Source of the DNA: an uncultured Alphaproteobacteria bacterium
GTDB taxonomy: Bacteria > Pseudomonadota > Alphaproteobacteria > RF32 > CAG-239
Direction of reading: 5' to 3'
Assembly (NCBI GenBank): GCA_904501925.1
Contig: CAJGCO010000004.1
Location: 5,593 to 69,592 of the forward strand
Length of the DNA stretch: 64,000 nt
The translations under genes were made by a program, and so were the position numbers. A model generated the notes under the pieces. That model saw nothing but the letters and a program-made list of their open reading frames with translations, was not told the DNA's origin and did not search any database. Of this stretch, positions 59,601 through 64,000 are shown in pieces (position 1 is the first letter of the stretch; every line of letters starts with the position of its first letter).

Positions 59601-60054
59601 TAGAGGTACTAAAGCTGCTTATATTAGATTAAAAGATCAGTTTCAAGTTTGGTTAGCAGAAGTTGATTTTTATGATTTATCTATAAACTATAAAGGATGG
59701 ACATATAGTTCTTTATGGAATCTACGTTTTGGCAGATTTTTAAATTACAACAACATAACAGACGATAGCAAAGTAATGAATGTTGCAAAAAATCTTATAA
59801 ATATTTATGTAATAAATGTTGTTGATAATATTGATGCAGAGAGTATTGGTCATTTATCTATATTAACTGAAAACAATGACTTGATTAAGTTATCTTTTTA
59901 TAAAGAAAATGATGATAAATATTTTGCAAAATATGATTTTACAAATACCCCTAAAAATGAACATTTAATGGAATTTTATAAATCAATTAATGGAAAATTT
60001 TTAGAGATTAATAAAGACGATTTGGAGAGCATAATAAATGAATTATCAAAATGA
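56605..60054 (+). CDS. fusion protein: ABC-2 permease (GldF-like) + GldG-like auxiliary domain + DUF4340-like domain
   Basis: A single 1149-aa ORF. It has about 6 TM in the first 250 aa and a large soluble middle region. TM anchors lie near aa 813-832 and 853-874, followed by a beta-rich C-terminal region of about 275 aa. Confidence 0.72.
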   Translation: MNTKLLSIIKFEFMRFFLSPIAYVYLFSFLLLSGAFAIYFGHFFYNGSADLFALFDYQPWVYLLFIPGICMRLWADEFKSKTATQMLTLPVSLSDFVWGKFFASWLFCTLAILLTFPFVITVNIYGNPDNLVIFIGYLGCIALSGVMIAISQTMSAITKNSIIALALSVIVNLLFLWSSFDYVLFWARRLFSDVIVDTIISFSFLGHFFSFSRGLVELRSLVFFTSIIILFNWITKIILEIKTKGLSETYSKTNIKHYLLYIILVFIGFFSLNIISDNTLRLFNYDFTYNKGLSLTKNTKDVLRNLKRPVIAKLYYSPILEERNPEIRDVFNQIKIMLKQYRSYSRGNFDFHIYNPVYLDKNEDKAIEDGLQPIPLVDINQNALFGITFSDNLTNKSVIPFFSLDKLAFLEQDLTTAIYKLSHKKKTLGVLSSLPVMGENVETGFSYKQWEIFRLIEELYDVKVVKDIKDMQQKFDVFMLIHPQNLTSEYIEEIKKQQKVLLFLDVADDASLLYSPIGGSFYSSNLYSLKDYWGIAFLDKAVVADFNNSIMVDETKEYSKNPTFTQDLLQFRVTRNELNPSHRITYKLDNVLFSTASMVSLLKGVDVSYFPLIKTSNKSGLVDADLAKKKKSPREVLEKFSPSNNITIVAAEYLSNDAKKPFNVIAVADTDILYDNFWAYKKSFLDKSYIIPLFDNANFVLNALDYLSDNDDLISLRGKKLNKRHLFVIDELRRNGTYKYKIKESDIFRAIEGAKEALKEVSVKRDFENRNQFTPDELAVIGNIRKEINNLRQQLSDIRINAYNDIQNIEIKVKFFNIYFIALLVVILFCITQIKNVKTSFGNLRCCNVWNKDILKLFLIVLLLFISAVVVVIFDNKNIVSNYEGKIILKDLNNKLNSIDKIKIQKGDNSLLFVKKDNKWIIENNIDLPVYQERIRKFLITLSNMVYYEKKSDRIDDMKFFGLSSNKDKNTPTTNIVLYDKDGKEIEYIDVGWYNVDLGRGTKAAYIRLKDQFQVWLAEVDFYDLSINYKGWTYSSLWNLRFGRFLNYNNITDDSKVMNVAKNLINIYVINVVDNIDAESIGHLSILTENNDLIKLSFYKENDDKYFAKYDFTNTPKNEHLMEFYKSINGKFLEINKDDLESIINELSK

Positions 60055-60952
60055 TAAACTAAAAAACGTATCTGTTTTTGCTAGTATTTCTTTAGCTATT
60101 TTCTTGATTTTATTAAAAACTATAGCGTTTTTAAGAACTGACTCTCTTGCTATTTTTTCGTCACTTATAGATAGTATTACAGATTTATTTGCTTCTGCAA
60201 TATCTGGTATTGCTGTTTATTTTTCAATGAAGCCTGCAACAATTAATCATAGATATGGTTTTGGAAAAACAGAAGCTTTAAGCGCTTTATTTCAAGCCTT
60301 ATTTGTTGGCGTTTCTGGTTTATTTGTATTGGTTGATGGTATTAATAGATTGATTTATCCTATTGAAATAAAAGATACTGAACTTGGTTTATACATAATG
60401 ATAACTAGCGTTATTTTAACAGCATTGTTAGTTTTATTTCAATCATATGTAGCAAAAAAAACAAACTCTTTAGCAATAAAAGCAGATATGGCTCATTATG
60501 TTGTTGATTTTTTAACAAATGGAGCTGTTATTATTTCTCTTGTCTTAGTAAAGGTGTTTGGGTTTGTTTATTTTGATATTATAGCGGCTATTTTTATCTC
60601 AATATATCTTATTTATAATGCTTATGATTTGGCTAAAGAATCTGTAGATATGATTACAGATAAAGAGTTAGGCAATGATGTACGCTGTAATATTGTAAAT
60701 ATTATAGAAAAATGTAATAATGTACATGGTGTGCATGATTTAAGAACAAGAAGTCTCGGTGATATATATTTTATCGAAATGCATATAGAAATTGATGGAA
60801 ATTTCACACTAAATAAGGCACATGAAATAACAGAAGATGTTGAGAGAAAGATAAAAAAGTTATATGCAAATAGTCAGATTATAATCCATCAGGACCCTCT
60901 TGGTGTTGATGAAGAGAGGCTTGATAATGCATTAAACAAAACAAAGAACTAA
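60038..60952 (+). CDS. cation diffusion facilitator (CDF) family transporter
   Basis: SLAIFSSLIDSITDL and HYVVDFLTN metal-site helices, with a C-terminal cytoplasmic domain (VHDLRTRSLGDIYFIEMHIE). Confidence 0.87.
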   Translation: MNYQNDKLKNVSVFASISLAIFLILLKTIAFLRTDSLAIFSSLIDSITDLFASAISGIAVYFSMKPATINHRYGFGKTEALSALFQALFVGVSGLFVLVDGINRLIYPIEIKDTELGLYIMITSVILTALLVLFQSYVAKKTNSLAIKADMAHYVVDFLTNGAVIISLVLVKVFGFVYFDIIAAIFISIYLIYNAYDLAKESVDMITDKELGNDVRCNIVNIIEKCNNVHGVHDLRTRSLGDIYFIEMHIEIDGNFTLNKAHEITEDVERKIKKLYANSQIIIHQDPLGVDEERLDNALNKTKN

Positions 60953-62016
60953 TTTTTTGTTTTTTTAGATTTTAATTGCCCACATGCTGCTAAAATGTCT
61001 TGCCCCCTAGCAACTCTAACTGGTGATGCAAAACCTGCTTGATCAAGTGTTTTAGAGAAAGCTTCTATTGTTTTTTTATCACTAGGAGCAAATCCACATC
61101 CTGGCCAAGGGTTGAATGGGATAAGATTAAATGTTGCTCTTAGTTTATATTTTTTCATCAATGAAATTAATTCTTTTGCGCATTCTTGACTATCATTTAT
61201 TCCTTTTAACATTAGATATTCAAATGTTATATATCTACTATGTTCTCCATTTTGATATTCAGCACAAGCTTTCATAACCTCTTCTATTTTATATCTGTTG
61301 TTAATTGGCATAATTTGAGAGCGAATATCGTTATTTGGGGCATGTAAAGAAACAGCTAAACGAACACCTGTTTTTTGAAGAGCTTCTACAATTTTTGGAG
61401 CAATACCAGATGTTGACATTGTTATTCTTCTACGTGAGATAGATATACCATCACAATCTGTTAATATATTAAGAGCTTTAATAACATTATCCATATTATG
61501 TAAAGGCTCTCCCATTCCCATAACAACAATGTTTGATAAATATCTTGTTTCATCTGTTGGGCTTGGCCATTCTTTGTATACATCTCTTGCAACCATAAAC
61601 TGACCAACAATCTCACCAACAGTAAGATTTCTTGTTAATTTTTGACTACCTGTATGGCAAAATCTACAACCAACAGCGCAACCAACTTGGGTAGATATGC
61701 AAACAGCCCCCCTATCCTTTTCTGGGATATAAACCATTTCAACACGTTGACCATCATTAAACTCTAATAACCATTTATGAGTTTTATCTATGGATATTTG
61801 TTCATCTACAATTTTTGGGCGTGTTATAGTATAATGTTGAGACAATTTTTCTCTTAAAGAAAGAGATAAATTACTCATTTCCATAAAATCAGTTACACCA
61901 CGAAAATATATCCACTGCCATAGTTGTTTTGCACGAAAAGATTTTTCTCCAATACTTTCAAGTTCATTTTGGAGTTCTTCTTTTGTTAATTCTGTTAGTT
62001 CTTTTTTTATAGTCAT
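60949..62016 (-). CDS. rlmN: 23S rRNA/tRNA m2A methyltransferase RlmN (radical SAM)
   Basis: GCAVGCRFCHTG cluster motif, MGMGEPL and a C-terminal ACGQLK. Confidence 0.93.
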   Translation of the reverse strand: MTIKKELTELTKEELQNELESIGEKSFRAKQLWQWIYFRGVTDFMEMSNLSLSLREKLSQHYTITRPKIVDEQISIDKTHKWLLEFNDGQRVEMVYIPEKDRGAVCISTQVGCAVGCRFCHTGSQKLTRNLTVGEIVGQFMVARDVYKEWPSPTDETRYLSNIVVMGMGEPLHNMDNVIKALNILTDCDGISISRRRITMSTSGIAPKIVEALQKTGVRLAVSLHAPNNDIRSQIMPINNRYKIEEVMKACAEYQNGEHSRYITFEYLMLKGINDSQECAKELISLMKKYKLRATFNLIPFNPWPGCGFAPSDKKTIEAFSKTLDQAGFASPVRVARGQDILAACGQLKSKKTKN

Positions 62017-62017
62017 T

Positions 62018-62521
62018 TTATTTACATTTTGCGCTAATTACTTGATATGCTTTAGAGAATCCAGATAAAGAATATGTATCTTTTGTTTTTGTTCCTTTTA
62101 TAGAAACACCGTCAACAATCATCCTTTGTCCTTTTTTCATTGCTTCTACAATTTGTTTATCAGTTGCTGCATCAGGAGCCCAAGCATTTGTTCCATTTGT
62201 AAATAAATTATTGAATAATTTAGCTCCAATTTTAACACTAACTTTTGATCCAGATTTATAATTATATCCAGCAACAAAATTTATTACATTATAACTTTTT
62301 TCAGCTGGTCTATGAGTTACTATAGCATAAATATCGCCTCTTTTTTGGTATTTTCCCTCATCTTTTTTAGGAGTTGAAGCCATGTAACAAACAATATTTT
62401 TACCTTCTTTATAAGAATAAGCTGTCCAATCTCCATATTGTCCTAATTCTGTTGGAGCTGTTGAAGCCATAGCTGGAAAAGATATTATTATAGCTAAAAA
62501 TAAAATTACATACTTTTTCAT
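62018..62521 (-). CDS. periplasmic protein, invasion-associated locus B (IalB)-like
   Basis: Signal peptide (FPAMAS), 167 aa, the GDWTAYSY...CYMAS pattern and a C-terminal Cys. The assignment is tentative. Confidence 0.55.
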   Translation of the reverse strand: MKKYVILFLAIIISFPAMASTAPTELGQYGDWTAYSYKEGKNIVCYMASTPKKDEGKYQKRGDIYAIVTHRPAEKSYNVINFVAGYNYKSGSKVSVKIGAKLFNNLFTNGTNAWAPDAATDKQIVEAMKKGQRMIVDGVSIKGTKTKDTYSLSGFSKAYQVISAKCK

Positions 62522-62620
62522 GATATTTTACCTTAAAATGTTAGATTTGTTATAATATAATTAATACATTTATAATAATCTATTAATAACACGAATTTTT
62601 AAGAAAAAAAGAGGTTATTT

Positions 62621-63814
62621 ATGTTTCACCCAGAATACATTGATCCTAAAAAACTTATAACTAATGAGGATATTTTAAAATTATTTAATTTGGTTGAAAA
62701 ACACGGTGGGGTTTTGCGTTTTGTTGGTGGAGCAGTTAGAGACGCTATATCAGGTTTTCCTCGTGCTAATATTGACTTAGTTACTGATTTATCTCCGTCA
62801 GAATTTTCAGATATGTGTGATGATGAAGGATTAAGGTGTGTACCTTTAGGAATTCAGTTTTATACGCTAGGTGTTGTTATAAACAAAAGTTTTTTTAAGG
62901 TTACATCATTAAATTCAGAAGAAGAAACTTATAAAGACGAATGGAAAAATGATGCATCTTTACGTGATTTAACAATAAATGCCGTATATGCTGACGATAA
63001 AGGTAATGTATTTGATTATTACAATGGAATAAAAGACCTTGAAAATGGTGTGATAAAATTTATTGGTAAACCAGAAGATAATATTAATAGTGATTATATA
63101 AGAATTATGCGCTTCTTTAGATTTTGCGCTATGTTTGGCAAAAAAATTGATAGAAAATCATTAAAAGCCTGTATAAAAAATAAACATCTATTAAAAAAAG
63201 TATCTGCAGACAAGATAAAAGAAGAGTTATTTAAAATAATGACGGCGCCATATGCTGTCAGAGCTTTAGAATTACTTTTTGATAATGCTATTTTAGATTT
63301 TTTAATAGCTCCACCTAAAGATCTTAATGCGATGAACAAATTAGATAATCTTGTAAAAAAACTTGGAATAGAAAAAAGCATTATTAGGCGAATTTTTGTT
63401 ATATTCCAACCAGATATAAAAAGAGCAAACAGGTTGGCAGATATTTTTAGATTAAATAAAGAAGAAAAAGATTATTTAACAGCATTAATCTCGTCAAAAT
63501 TAACAATAACAAACTTTAAAGACAGTGTATCAATCAACAAATCATTATACCGATATGGGAAAGAATTATGTAGAGACAAATGGCTATGTTTAAACTTAGA
63601 TAACCCTGACCTATATAACATTAGAAGCACTTTAAATACAGTGGATTCAACAGTAATCCCAACATTCCCTGTAACTGGAAAAGATTTAATCAAAACTGGA
63701 GCTGACACAAAGTTTTTAGGAATGTATCTAGATGTGTTAAAAAAAGAATGGTTTGAAAAAGGATGTTGTCTATCAAAAGATGATTTATTGAAAATTTATA
63801 AAGAACAATTTTAA
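62621..63814 (+). CDS. cca: CCA-adding tRNA nucleotidyltransferase / poly(A) polymerase family protein
   Basis: Head-domain motifs FVGGAVRD, DLVTD, RDLTINA and RIMRFFRF. Confidence 0.8.
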   Translation: MFHPEYIDPKKLITNEDILKLFNLVEKHGGVLRFVGGAVRDAISGFPRANIDLVTDLSPSEFSDMCDDEGLRCVPLGIQFYTLGVVINKSFFKVTSLNSEEETYKDEWKNDASLRDLTINAVYADDKGNVFDYYNGIKDLENGVIKFIGKPEDNINSDYIRIMRFFRFCAMFGKKIDRKSLKACIKNKHLLKKVSADKIKEELFKIMTAPYAVRALELLFDNAILDFLIAPPKDLNAMNKLDNLVKKLGIEKSIIRRIFVIFQPDIKRANRLADIFRLNKEEKDYLTALISSKLTITNFKDSVSINKSLYRYGKELCRDKWLCLNLDNPDLYNIRSTLNTVDSTVIPTFPVTGKDLIKTGADTKFLGMYLDVLKKEWFEKGCCLSKDDLLKIYKEQF

Positions 63815-63823
63815 GGATTTAAT

Positions 63824-64000
63824 GTGACTAAATTTAGCTTAAAACCAATTTTTAATATAAAAACTTTATTATTTATTTTCGTTTGTTTTGTTTTCTTAAA
63901 ACAACCAAATTTGTTTGAAAATAATCCAACAGAATTATTTTATTGCTTTTCTAAATTTGCAGTAAAAAATTTTTGTTCATTTCTGGTGTTATATTTAATA
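63824..64000 (+). CDS. partial hypothetical membrane protein (continues past the right edge)
   Basis: A GTG at 63824 opens a stop-free frame to the window end (VTKFSLKPIFNIKTLLFIFVCFVFL...). Confidence 0.3.
   Translation, partial: MTKFSLKPIFNIKTLLFIFVCFVFLKQPNLFENNPTELFYCFSKFAVKNFCSFLVLYLI

Overview
AT-rich, tightly packed bacterial chromosome segment with about 60 protein genes, many with overlapping or near-abutting stop/start codons. Gene content and local synteny point to an alphaproteobacterium: rluD-rpoH, gpmI-envC-ctpA-rppH, radA-cvpA, divergent tyrS/anmK, a short HprK, an IalB-like protein next to rlmN, and tolQRA. The strong A/T bias and compaction suggest a host-associated or intracellular lineage (Holosporales/Rickettsiales-like). 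That placement is inference only.

Most of the window is housekeeping or envelope function:
- an RND efflux tripartite pump
- tgt, recN, bamD, lpxC, glmM
- a family-4 UDG
- tolQRA
- gpmI, an M23 activator, ctpA, rppH
- a Bat/VWA aerotolerance-type operon
- tsaE, mlaEF, radA, cvpA, tyrS, anmK
- a GldA/F/G-like ABC system
- a CDF transporter, rlmN and a CCA-adding enzyme

One structured RNA, RNase P RNA (rnpB), lies on the minus strand at about 25141-25506. I found no tRNA, rRNA, CRISPR array, transposase or integrase.

The most unusual region is the leftmost 7 kb. It is a five-gene minus-strand operon ending in an intact VirD4/TraG-type type IV coupling ATPase. The ATPase body uses foreign-looking Arg codons. 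It is preceded by two paralogous small-membrane-module proteins, one carrying a NERD-like C-terminal domain. Before those are two repeat-bearing acidic proteins, one with a 5-6x LD[S/G]FL motif array and one with perfect 30-bp tandem repeats. No VirB, relaxase or Dot/Icm genes lie in cis.

Other points worth a second look:
- a Walker-A-dead MinD/FlhG-like protein translationally coupled to a membrane J-domain/SH3 protein
- a tgt-LOG gene pair
- paired Cys-patterned secreted paralogs upstream of tolQRA
- two codon-usage outlier mini-genes bracketing tolQRA
- a porin cotranscribed with an atypical OmpR-type regulator
- a triple-fused ABC-2 permease/GldG/DUF4340 protein
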